This document shows, piece by piece, positions 17,501 to 27,486 of a DNA stretch of 64,000 bases. Source of the stretch: Hydrolagus colliei (Eukaryota); the NCBI GenBank assembly GCA_035084275.1, contig CM068759.1, forward strand, positions 1,736,001 to 1,800,000, written 5' to 3'. Position numbers and translations under genes: made by a program. Each line of letters starts with the position of its first letter. The first letter of the stretch is position 1. The notes below the pieces were generated by a model. That model searched no databases. It was given only the letters and a program-made list of their open reading frames with translations, and was not told the origin of the DNA.

Positions 17501-20019
17501 AAAAGATTCCTTTAATGTTCATCTGAAATCATCTTTTAATGTTCACATTAAAAGACTGCACATCTAGGATTGCTGCATTTCCGCAACGTTGCATTGGGAC
17601 GTCAGCCCAGCCCTAGAATATNNNNNNNNNNNNNNNNNNNNNNNNNNNNNNNNNNNNNNNNNNNNNNNNNNNNNNNNNNNNNNNNNNNNNNNNNNNNNNN
17701 NNNNNNNNNNNNNNNNNNNNNNNNNNNNNNNNNNNNNNNNNNNNNNNNNNNNNNACTATTAATTAAGTATTAAGTTAAGGTGGAGTATGAATCAGTCAAC
17801 TGCGGCAGAAGTGACCTTATCGTTCTCGGATTTTACATTCAAGGATTTGTCACTCAGTTTCGTGTCCTGACCTCCCACGTGTCTGAAATGTGTGAGGTTA
17901 CAAACCCTTCTTTTTATGTGCTATCTGTCTACACCCCCCTTCTTAGTGCTGACATTATTTAGTGAGTACAAATAAACCCCGATCGGATTACACTGTTTTA
18001 GATTGACAGCTTTAAAAAAGACTGTGTGATTCATTATTAAAACGAGCGCGAGAAATAATGATAGTAACATAATAATCCTTGCAGTTGACGTAGTGCCTTA
18101 TCGTGTCTTCAAGACGTTTCAAAGCGTTTCAAGGAATATAATGTCAAGCGAATCGACTGTACATTTTGAGGGCGAAACACAGCAGAAAATTGCTCACCGC
18201 AGTGTCTCACAAACATACTTGGATTGGGTGACCGAGTTATTATTTTTTCCCATACAGGCTTGTGTTTGCGTACGGATAAGGAATAAAACAGATTAAATGT
18301 GTCCCATCACTGCCTTGGAGTGTAACCACTCCGATAACCCCAACAAAGGAAAAGAAAATCGTTCAAGTTCGGAATTCAGAAGCCACAGGGAAAAGTGTTT
18401 TTTGCATGTTTACACAAGGATCAGAATCATTTAAAATCTGTTATTCAAGTATTTTTTTCGTTTAACCAAAAAAGGCGTCTTGTGTAGGAATTAAGCTGTG
18501 CTGCTTCATTACACGTTTCCCAAAGGATTTAATGACTCACACCAAGTGGAAGGGGAAAAAAGCAAACGATTCAGCAGCAGTCATTCAGGCTGTCAGGGGA
18601 ATTCTGTGTGGGAGAGCAGTGAGCTGAACCAGTCTGTGTCTGTGTCTATCTCTGGTACTGGAGTGAGAAAGCAGACGCTTCATGCGCTTGGCATTTTTCT
18701 CAAACGAAACCGCACTTCACAGGAAAACTCCGAAGCCTCAAAAATCAGGGGCTGTATTGCATTATGTAGCAAACTAGAGACAGATCGTTTAGCCTTATAT
18801 AGTGTAGGCCGTGCGCATATATGTACTTTGCACCCACGATAGAGTCCTGGCTGGTTCCTAGACAACAACAATTTACATTTGTACAGCCCCCTTCATGTGT
18901 GGTAGCGTCCCGGAGGGTTCCAATGGTATAATGTGATTACTGTACTCTAAAATACCCACAGTAACAATTTTCCTTCTTATCGGTGCCAGAAGATGCGATA
19001 TCAAATGCAAGGATTATTATTATTATTATTGATTATTATTATTATCCTCAGTAAAGAACTACTGAGAGAGTCGGGCAAAAGAAAAGGCCAGTTATATTAG
19101 CCATTAACTATCCAGTTCTCTACCATCACTGTTAATGTTGTTCTGGTGAGACTACAGCCCCTGTAGAATGCAATGGTTCATTTCCACTCAGTTTGATCTG
19201 TTACCAATGCGAAAGGGCCACGTTAAACTTGCCTGAACTTATAGCGTAAGAACATATAATTCTAGTAAACTGACTGAAGTAAAGAAAAAAGAAAATCCTG
19301 ACTGTGTGTATATATATATACTTCGGTCAACTAAACTCTATCCCATACTGTCTTACAGTACAACTGTAGGAGTCAAAAACAAATGCTGTGTGAAAAGTTC
19401 AACTCCCTGTACACTATTTTGGAAACACGTAAGCAAGAAATGCTACAAAGAATCACGGGTGAGCAAGATGAAAAGATCTCTTACTGCAAGTCTTTGATGG
19501 GAACGTATGGGGAACATGTCCACGCCACGTCGAAACTGGTGGAAACGGCACTACAATCGATGGAGGAACCACAAATGGCGGTATTTCTGCAGGTAGATTT
19601 CATCAGTTTGAGGCTCGCTCCATTTCCCCCCCCCCCACCCCCCCAGTGCTCGACATTTTCTACGGCTGACGTACAAGTTAACGGTTTCTCCTTTCTTTCA
19701 CAGAATGCAAAGCCTATGACTGCAAAGTAAGTACCGTGGTAAAGAGTTTCGACGGCTTACCGTGTAAGATTAAGCTAATTCATGAGTTTCCGCGTGTGTG
19801 TAACGTGATTAATACACCTTCAGAGTTTCAGAGGCAACGAGAGCATCGGAGATTGAAGAGTTAGAGCCTGATTATGAAACCATGGAGCATTACAATGTGG
19901 ACTTTGAAAAGGAAGAGAAAATCTTGCAGGAAACAGACTTTATCAAAGGTGCGTCACGCAGGAATCGAGATCATATTCATAACAGCACGAATGAATATTC
20001 ATTCAGCAGCACATTCATC

Positions 20020-20053
<34 letters not shown>

Positions 20054-23000
20054 TCATCATAATCTTTGTACATGATATCGCGCCCTTTCAAGTCAGGAGG
20101 AAGTCTCAAAGCGCTTCACGGGTGTAGTGACTGTGTATTTCGGAAGCAACTACCGAATGATTGAAGTATGTGCCTAAAGCTACCAATAGGATTATTGGGG
20201 GCGCTATGCTTTAATTACTCGAAAGTAATCTCTGTAGAGTTCCTTTTATGTCCACAAACTGTGGGCGATCCCTAAAAATATGACTTACATTATTAACTCC
20301 TCTATAAAACAAATAAATGTAATTTAGATTGTTATTTCTAAACTTTAAAAACTTGAGATTAAAAACAAAACAAAGTATAGAGCAAAGATTTGGATCTCTA
20401 TCAATGGAAATATCTCAGAACTCCTTTTAGGGGAATTTTAGGGGAATAAATATACACATATTAAGGCAATTGAAACTGATATTTTGATTTGTTTGTGGGA
20501 CACTACTGTGCGCAATTGGCTGCCGTGTTTCATCCACAAATATACAGCCAATTCACTTTACAGTATATTCTGTGAAGCGCTTTGAGAAGCCTAAAAGACG
20601 TGAAAAGCGCTATATCAAATGCAATCATTATTTTTATTATTAATAATATCTCTGAATCTTATATGGGGCTAATGTAAACACTACTGATTTGCAGTTGAAG
20701 AGGAAACTGAAGAAGGATTCGAAGAAGATGAAGAATGCACAGCAGAAGAGAGGGAAGATTGTGCAGTTGAATCTGAATGCTCTCCAAACTCTACAACAGG
20801 ATTAATCAACAATGAACCCATAGAATGTGTGAATGGAGCCTCTGGAATGGAAGAATCTTGCGCTGAGTTCCCAGGGCCAACCATCGCAGTGGAAGAGTTT
20901 AGTGCTGAATTACCAGAAGCCAGTGTTCAGTTCTCAGAGGAAATCACTCCAGTGGACGAATCCAACGTTGAATGCTCAGGAGAACAACCGATCGCAGAAG
21001 AATCCAGGGCTGAACTATCAGGAGACAGCCCTGCTGAGGAATCTAGCGCTGAATTGTTAGGGGAAATCGTTGCAGTGAAGGAATCCAGCGTTGAAAGGTC
21101 GGGGGAAATGCCTGTGGTGTTCGAACCCAACTCCCAATTCTCCGCGGACTTCCTGGCAATGGACGAATCCAAGAGGGACCTTTCAGGGATTGCAGAGGGA
21201 GGCTCGGCGCCTAACCAAATCAACACCGCGAATTCAGGTGCGGTAGATGGAGCTTCCGCCACAGAGGAAGCCGGTGATCCGTCGCCGGGGGCTGGAGACC
21301 CCCACGAGGGGTCCTCAGATGCCGCAGATGGGAAATCGTCTGATCCGTTCCCGGCCGCTCTGATCGCAGGAACCCCAATAAGAATAGAATCATGCGTTAC
21401 ATCTCCAGGCTCCGCGGAACAAATCCCTGCCACAGACAATTCCGTGTCCGAGCCCCCGCAGGCCGCAAACGGAGTTCCTCCAAGGGAAGAACCCAGCCCA
21501 GTACCCCCGGGTGCCCTGGAGGACTCGATTGCTACGGGAGAGGCTTCCACTGAGGAATTGTCAAAGGGAATCCTTGCAACTTCAGGCGCAGTAGATACAG
21601 TCTCCACCGCAAAGGAATCCAACCCTGAATCTCTAGAATCCAAAGAGCTCGGAGTTCTCTCCGTAGCTACAGAAGCTGGTGATGCCGCTGCACAAGAAGC
21701 CGAGGCCAAAGTGGAAGAGAGGATTGAACAGGTATTTTCTTTTCTGTATTCCCCCGAGCAAAATGAAGGTTTGACAAATTTTGGGGGTAGGTGGGAGGGC
21801 AATTCAAGTTATCTTGTACAGTGCTGTGCTTCAATTTGGAAACAGTTCTTTTTTTTTCTATATTTGTGAGCACAGTTTACATTGTGAAAGAATCGTGCGT
21901 TTGGGTGTTTAACAACATTTAAAAGCACAGTTTGCTGGAAGTTCCTGGGAGATTTAATGGAAACTTTCTTAAGCGATCTGGAAGGTCTGAGCCCAGTTAT
22001 GCTCTACAATTAGTTGAATTTCACTGCTGCCGAGCCTACAGCTGATGAGTAATTTCAGGCAGGGAACCACAGGGTTATTCGCCTGGTCTGATGTTCCCTT
22101 TGTACTGCACATTTGACAGCAAACCAGAATCTGGGCCACAATCCAACTGAATAGATACATCATGTTCTTATTTATTTATAGATTCCCCCAATGCCCTGTA
22201 CTTTGTGCTGCCATAAAGTGTTTTTTGTACTCAGTAGCTACTCAGCAAAAGATCCTTAATAATATTATAGGCTTCGTTTTTTTTAAAAAAAACTTTTTAA
22301 AGGGACAGTAGTTTTATTATGGGTTTTTTTTTTTTTTTAGCGGTTATTAAGCCTTCATAACATATCATTCCTCCAAGTAGTCTTTTTAAACTTGTCAACG
22401 TGTTTCTGGAGTAAAGCTTGTTTCGCCGAAACTGAAAGAGCTATTCATATTGAATCTATTACTCTTCAAGTCAAACTTAGAGTCAATGGAACAGATATTA
22501 TTATTTTAAAACCTTAAAATCATCCTTTAACTAATATAACAGGGAATATGGTTTGTTATGTAGTGAAGAGAATTCCCACTCTAGTATGTTGATGACTGCT
22601 GATACATTCTTCTATTCCCCCCACCACCCACCCCCTCCCCGATATCTGCTCGTGTTAAGGATGGTGTTCCAGTAAGCGGAGAGCACAAAGCTAATGATTT
22701 AGAGAAACAACAGTTGTTGGCTGAGGAAGAAACGAAACTGTACCCGAGTTGGTATAAGTCTGGATGCTGGACCTTGGTGAATGCTCCTTTGTTTGCCACA
22801 AGTACCAAAGAGGCTGCCACCTCTCAAGACACAACGACAGAGAACACGTCACAGCCTGAAGCTATCTTGGCTCCAGTTGATGCAGAGACTTCCAAAGCCA
22901 TGATCACATCTGATCAAGACGCAGAAATACCATCACCTGTGGCGCAGGTCAGTGGATAAAGGTGTAACTATCAAATGTTCTAGCGCTAACCAGGGTCTCC

Positions 23001-25242
23001 CCAATCATCGTCCACTTCAGTGTCAGGCTGTCATTCATCTGTCGGTAACTTTTGGCTGATCCACATTCTGCCTTCCTTGCAGCAAAGAGCACTATTTGAA
23101 TACGGCTTCTTTATTGGAGTTTAGGAGCTGTTTGGGAAACATGGCATGGAGCAGATTTGTTCGTTCCATTCTAGTAACGTTAGCCATTTGAGGTGTGAGA
23201 CTCGAAACCATCTTGAGGTGAACAGCCTAAGTTAAAGAGTTTTGGTTTTGGGGTTTTTCTGCCAAATTCTAAGAGACTTGGTAAAGCTTTAAGGTGCCAC
23301 AGTGACTTTTGGATTTTTTTTTGGTACAATATTGGCAGACCAGAATTTGTCAAGGTCAACGAGACCAGGTTGGTGACAATGACGGTTTCTAAGTCTCTCG
23401 CCTTGAATACTATTGTTACACTTATTAATTAGGCATGATCCAAACCGTGGCAATATCTCATCATTTCAGAATCTCTGCTCTCTGTCTTTTACTTCACTGC
23501 TCCTGATCCAATGTATTTTATAAACGCAAAGCAAACATGAAAATGATGCTTCTCATCTCCAACAAGGGATCTGGACCTTTGTTAAATATTTAGAAAACCT
23601 GTACATCACCCACCCAATCTGGCATCCGCAAGTCACAAAATATACAGTCAGTTCACTTTACGGTATACTCTGTGAAGCGCTTTGAGACGTCTCGAAGATG
23701 TGATAAGGCACTGTAGCAAATGCAAAGATTATTATACATTATTATTGCTGGGTGTAGGCACTGGGATGTGATCCTAGGTAACAATTTCAAATTGTTTGCT
23801 GAGAGAGGAACATATCAATCCAGGTTATCTGCCGGCTATGATCTCAAACTGGAAGTGGTGTGGTGTGGCTTTTAACATAAATCATTATTACCAGAAATAA
23901 GGCCTGACCTAAATAACACACCAAGAATAATTGTTTTGCTTATGATTTTAGAGTGGAAATGATCAACTGAATTCTAATCTCAATGTGTGTGCCCTCATAC
24001 TACCACTAATAATAAAATACCTGGATGAATTACAATAAAACCTGCAACATTTAGTATGGAACAATAGACCAGTTGAGTACGTTACCAATGCTTTATTCAA
24101 GACTGATCCTGTTTATGTTCAGGAAAAGCTGCCGAGTGGAGACTAAGCAATTTTCCAGAGCGGAGGAAGGCAATCAGCAAAACATTTTTTTAAAAATTGT
24201 GAGTGTCCTTAAGTGACTCTTGCAAAGCTTGGAGGAGCAAACTAGAGGGCAGCAAAATAGAGAACAGGGACCTTTTCTTTTGCTGCCTGCACTATTATGG
24301 TTATGCTAAAGAGACATAAATATGAAGAAACACTAAATTATGGGAGAAGATATCCAACTAAAATATCCATAGATATTATTGGGTTGTCTGAGATTTCCAG
24401 ACTTATGTCAATAGTGCTTTTTGTTGCAAGGATGAACTTGTCTTTGTATTGTCATTTGTCTTCATCCCAAATGTCCTGGTCTGTTGTTCTTCACTAGGCT
24501 CTAGGCTTTTGCCTTTCAATTTTGCTGATGATGGTCATACTACACAGCCTTTGAAATAGGAATGAATACATGGCTTGTACATGGAAGGGGTTGAATGGAC
24601 TTTTAATGGAAAAGGTATTAGTATTTGTAACCTTATTCCGATTTTTTTTAACAGAATATTAACGTAATAAGGAGAGCGATGGGATGGGCAATTTTCATAT
24701 TACGCCTGTGCTATCTGTGTTAATATTTGAAAGTTAATACATGCTTCATTAATTCATTGCCATTTCAGGTATGAGCATCTTCTTGTGCTTCTAAATGATA
24801 ACAAAATAAATAAAAACACATATCTTTTTGTATGCGGAATGCGCTACACAAACGTAATTTTGTAGTTGTTGTTGTATCTCTGCACTTATTATTTGACATT
24901 ATCCTTTAATCCGGCACCTTGGGATTAGGGTTAGGGTCTTGCTGACGTGAAAGGTGCTATACAAATGTAATTTTGTATTGTATGTTTATTGTCCAGTATA
25001 AGATGCATTGCCTTCTTTAAAGCTCAGCAGTATTTTTACTGGTTTAAAACTGATTCCAATTTTTTTTTTTTAAAAAAAGATCCAAAACACTCAATGAAGC
25101 TACTTTGTTCTTTTCTCAGATGGAATGTTCAAGTTCCACAGCAACAACATCTGGACAACAGACAGCAAGTCATGAACCGACCACACCTGATCCAGCTCGC
25201 CATTTATTCTCCTTTTCCTGGCTGAATGCTCTTACTAAGTAG
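14393..25242 (+). CDS. TRIM101: Muscle RING-finger E3 ligase, TRIM55-like (MuRF4/TRIM101 type), join(14393..14560,15520..15668,16198..16363,16548..16643,19359..19592,19704..19726,19824..19948,20695..21731,22660..22947,25120..25242), ~802 aa
   Basis: RING ([25 protein letters not shown]...CPSC), MuRF-specific box ([25 protein letters not shown]), B-box2, coiled coil, COS region, acidic tail, TRIM55-like C-terminus [12 protein letters not shown]. All phases are consistent (2409 nt). The MuRF family call is firm; MuRF4 over TRIM55 is inferred from the DNAJC5/UCKL1 context. Confidence 0.8.
14662..15008 (+). mobile_element. Full-length tRNA-derived SINE in MuRF intron 1
   Basis: A box TAGCTCAGGGG, B box GTTCGAATCC, internal (CA)n, core TGTGCGCAACTGGCTGCCGCG, ATT tail. 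Confidence 0.9.
15520..15668 (+). CDS. TRIM101: MuRF exon 2 (C-terminal half of RING, MuRF box)
   Basis: CTAG| [50 protein letters not shown] |GTATGA. Confidence 0.9.
15702..15753. repeat. (CA)n microsatellite
   Basis: Interrupted CA dinucleotide run. Confidence 0.95.
16198..16363 (+). CDS. TRIM101: MuRF exon 3 (B-box 2)
   Basis: CTAG| [55 protein letters not shown] |GTTTAT. Confidence 0.92.
16409..16505 (+). repeat. (GGGT)n tetranucleotide repeat, G-quadruplex-capable
   Basis: About 22 GGGT units inside the 184-nt intron 3. Confidence 0.95.
16548..16643 (+). CDS. TRIM101: MuRF exon 4 (coiled coil, 96 nt)
   Basis: CACAG| [32 protein letters not shown] |GTAACT. Confidence 0.9.
16755..17092 (+). 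mobile_element. Full-length tRNA-derived SINE nested in an antisense SINE
   Basis: TGGCTCAGTGG...GTTCGAATCC...AAGCGCTTTGGGACGTC...GTGAAAAGCGCTATATCAAATGCAAGG(ATT)n. Confidence 0.92.
17093..17201 (-). mobile_element. SINE 3' half; its extreme tail is displaced to 16732-16750
   Basis: ATATAGCGCTTTTCAC...GCGGCAGCCGATTGCGCACA. Confidence 0.85.
17622..17754. other. Assembly gap (133 N) in MuRF intron 4
   Basis: Run of N. Confidence 1.
19359..19592 (+). CDS. TRIM101: MuRF exon 5 (coiled coil, 234 nt)
   Basis: TACAG| [18 protein letters not shown]...[15 protein letters not shown] |GTAGAT. Confidence 0.92.
19704..19726 (+). CDS. TRIM101: MuRF exon 6 (23 nt)
   Basis: TTTCACAG| NAKPMTAK |GTAAGT; the short exon typical of TRIM genes; it supplies the required phase. 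Confidence 0.88.
19824..19948 (+). CDS. TRIM101: MuRF exon 7 (COS region)
   Basis: TTCAG| [41 protein letters not shown] |GTGCGT. Confidence 0.88.
20015..20060. repeat. (CAC)n(CAT)n trinucleotide repeat
   Basis: Visible directly in intron 7. Confidence 0.9.
20490..20647 (+). mobile_element. SINE 3' half
   Basis: TGTTTGTGGGACACTACTGTGCGCAATTGGCTGCC...GTGAAAAGCGCTATATCAAATGCAA plus ATT tail. Confidence 0.85.
20695..21731 (+). CDS. TRIM101: MuRF exon 8 (1037-nt acidic, low-complexity tail)
   Basis: TTTGCAG| [14 protein letters not shown]...[10 protein letters not shown] |GTATTT; open, in phase, E/S/A/P-rich. Confidence 0.85.
22660..22947 (+). CDS. TRIM101: MuRF exon 9 (288 nt, LYPSWYK motif; probably a cassette exon)
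   Basis: TTAAG| DGVPVSGEH...[14 protein letters not shown]...PSPVAQ |GTCAGT; phase 0-0. Confidence 0.8.
24498..24554 (+). CDS. Candidate alternative MuRF exon encoding a hydrophobic C-terminus [18 protein letters not shown]
   Basis: Pyrimidine tract plus CTAG acceptor at 24496-24497; phase 0 matches the exon 8 and 9 donors; resembles the TRIM55 B-isoform exon (from memory). Confidence 0.55.
   Translation, partial: ALGFCLSILLMMVILHSL
25120..25242 (+). CDS. TRIM101: MuRF last coding exon
   Basis: TTTTCTCAG| [43 protein letters not shown] at 25240-25242; AATAAA downstream at 25687 and 25875. Confidence 0.88.
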   Translation: MECSSSTATTSGQQTASHEPTTPDPARHLFSFSWLNALTK

Positions 25243-26139
25243 AGTAGAACGAGAGTCCTTCAGTCAATGGTGTGCTAGGGAAACATTAAAATAGTGACCG
25301 GGGGTGTGGGAGTGTCGATGTTGGTGAGTGGTTAAGGTCATTAATATTGCAGAAATATGGTATGAGCTTTAAAGGCCAAGAATTGGTCTGTGTCCTTTAA
25401 AGAAATCCAATTTGATCTAAAAAGAAGGTATGAGCACCTTACAGAGAATTGTTCTACTGAGATACAAGAATATGCTTTAGTGTTAGTTCCAAAGAGCTCA
25501 ACCTAATGTGTTTAGTCACTAGAATACTTCATTAAAGAGTGACACTTTCTGCTTTGTTGATTGTGCAATTTATATTAGTCTGGCAGTATTGTAAGGACTA
25601 TGTGTAGTGCTGGTATATTCAGGAGCATGTGGTTAGTGTAAGATCTACATTTTAACTATCAGCAGAAACTGGAAAAATTACTAAAAAATAAAAAGGGCCA
25701 TTCATATCAGAAAGCAAAATCAGATCGAAAATGGGTCACCACGGAGGGTTATGGATATAGGAATTGTGTTCCTGAAAGATATTTTAATATATTTTTACTT
25801 TAAAGTGCACATCTTCTTTGAATCAATTTAGGACAAAATGTCAGATATCTACAATCGTCTGTGGGTTACGTTGGAATAAATTAATTCATATCCATATGAT
25901 TGAAATGTGAAGCTTTTTTTCTTGTGAGTGTTTTCTGAGTAATTAATGATTAATGATAATGAGAGTCCCTCTCTGATAATGCTTGTGTAACTCAAATTGC
26001 AGAATAATTTTATTTAGCGTGAAACGTTTTTCATGTGCTGCAAACTACCAATTACCCAAACTAGTCCACTATCCAAAACATGAATAAATGAAACCGGGGA
26101 ATGCATTACTTTGTTCATCTCAAATAATACACATTGAAA

Positions 26140-26527
26140 GTCCTCAACCCCATTACCCCAGTCCTTGCCAAGTTCCACTGGCTTCTTAATGCAGAATAGA
26201 TCAATCTCAAGATCCTCACATTTACTTAGACACCAATTTACCTCCTCGCACCTCTGCCTTCTTCCTATATGTCCTTCAACCCTCTGTTCCATATCAAAGT
26301 TTTCAGCCACTCTTTCACCCAGAAACTGTGGAACTTTCTGCCTCATTCGCTTCACCTTTCCCCCTCCTTGCCCATTTTCAGATCGCATCTGAAGACCTCC
26401 CTCTTTCCTGTGCCTAAAGTCATCTCCCCTCTCTCCCAGGTTCAGCATCAAGCTCTGGCACTGTTTACGCTCTCTGAGCCACTACTTACTTGAAGGGCAC
26501 TATACAAATCCAGGTTATTGCTGTTGT
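26140..26527 (+). mobile_element. L2-type LINE 3' fragment between MuRF and CRH2
   Basis: Translates KLWNFLPHSLHLSPSLPIFRSHLKTSLF (L2 ORF2 C-terminal signature); ends GAAGGGCACTATACAAAT...GTT. Confidence 0.7.
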
Positions 26528-27018
26528 TTTATCATAAAGTATACTGAGATTGTAACCAATTTCTGTAATATTCTACGGTACAGAACCAGTCAGTGAGAAG
26601 TGAGCTAAAACAGCAGACAAATCACCAGCATTTTGTAGCGTTCTTAACTAAAGCAACAAGTTTATTATTATTAATTTTTACTGATTCCGTAAGAAAGTAC
26701 AAGCTTTAAGTAACAAGTAGCAGACAGCAATGAAAGTGTCGAACAAATGAACTGCATCTGTCTTTACACATTGCATGGAATGCAGCATCCTCAGGCTTGA
26801 TCTTGTGTAAAAAAAAAACAAGTCATTTTTTTTTACTTCACTTTATTTCACTTTATTTGAAAGAGTAATCCATAAGGTTTGGACACAATGTATACGCTGG
26901 ATTGAAGTACAGATTTTTTTTAGCATTTTACTTCTAACACTCAAAGTGCATTATGCAATATTGATGATAAGTATTGGACATGGAACTTAAATGGACTCGT
27001 TTTCAAATCGAGACATTG

Positions 27019-27486
27019 TCACTTCCCTACGCTTTCCATCATCAGTCTGTTACTCTGTGCTTTGCGAGCCGTCTTCTCAGCCCTGGCCATGCCTAGGAAC
27101 TCTCTCAAGAGATGGAAAGTGAGGTCGAGAGAGGTGGGTTTGGAGTTGTACCTCTTAGAGCGATAGGCGGACAGTTCGTCTTTGCCTCTTCTTGGGACGT
27201 CGGCGGCGCTCCGCAGCTTCGAGTGGAAATAGCCCAGAGTAAAAGATTCACTTACCAACGGAAGCTCCTCACTCTCCCTGACCGACGTGGGTCGGCCAGA
27301 GAAACCCTGGAGCAAACTGTGACTCAATGGCAGAGGTAGACTGTAGCCCAGGCGTTCCCCCAGACCGAGCTCCGAATCACTGTCAGAGCCAAAGCCCTCG
27401 GTATTTGGACTTCTTAACAGATGCAACGTTTTCGCAGGTAGGAAGGCGAACATCAACAGGGACATCGCCAAGACGGGTGTGTTCAT
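27019..27486 (-). CDS. CRH2: Corticotropin-releasing hormone family precursor, CRH2 type (155 aa)
   Basis: ATG at 27486 just downstream of a splice acceptor (~27515); signal peptide MNTPVLAMSLLMFAFLPAKT; RSKR cleavage site; 41-aa YNSKPTSLDLTFHLLREFLGMARAEKTARKAQSNRLMMESV followed by the GK amidation signal. KPxSLDLTFHLLREFL and the DNAJC5/UCKL1 synteny indicate CRH2. Confidence 0.88.
   Translation of the reverse strand: MNTPVLAMSLLMFAFLPAKTLHLLRSPNTEGFGSDSDSELGLGERLGYSLPLPLSHSLLQGFSGRPTSVRESEELPLVSESFTLGYFHSKLRSAADVPRRGKDELSAYRSKRYNSKPTSLDLTFHLLREFLGMARAEKTARKAQSNRLMMESVGK
27028..27150 (-). other. CRH2: Mature 41-residue CRH2 peptide coding segment
   Basis: Bounded by KR and G-K-stop. Confidence 0.9.

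Noticed and set aside
20927-21802. 291-aa minus-strand ORF
   Set aside because: Antisense shadow of the low-complexity MuRF exon 8; S/A/P-rich with no independent gene signals
21732-21869. In-frame extension of the exon 8 ORF ([10 protein letters not shown]...FFFFLYL*)
   Set aside because: Lies past a good donor CAG|GTATTT and composition shifts to intron-like T-rich sequence
24123-24146. Possible short terminal exon CAG|EKLPSGD* in MuRF intron 9
   Set aside because: Too short, no similarity I can recognise, ordinary acceptor; cannot be told from chance
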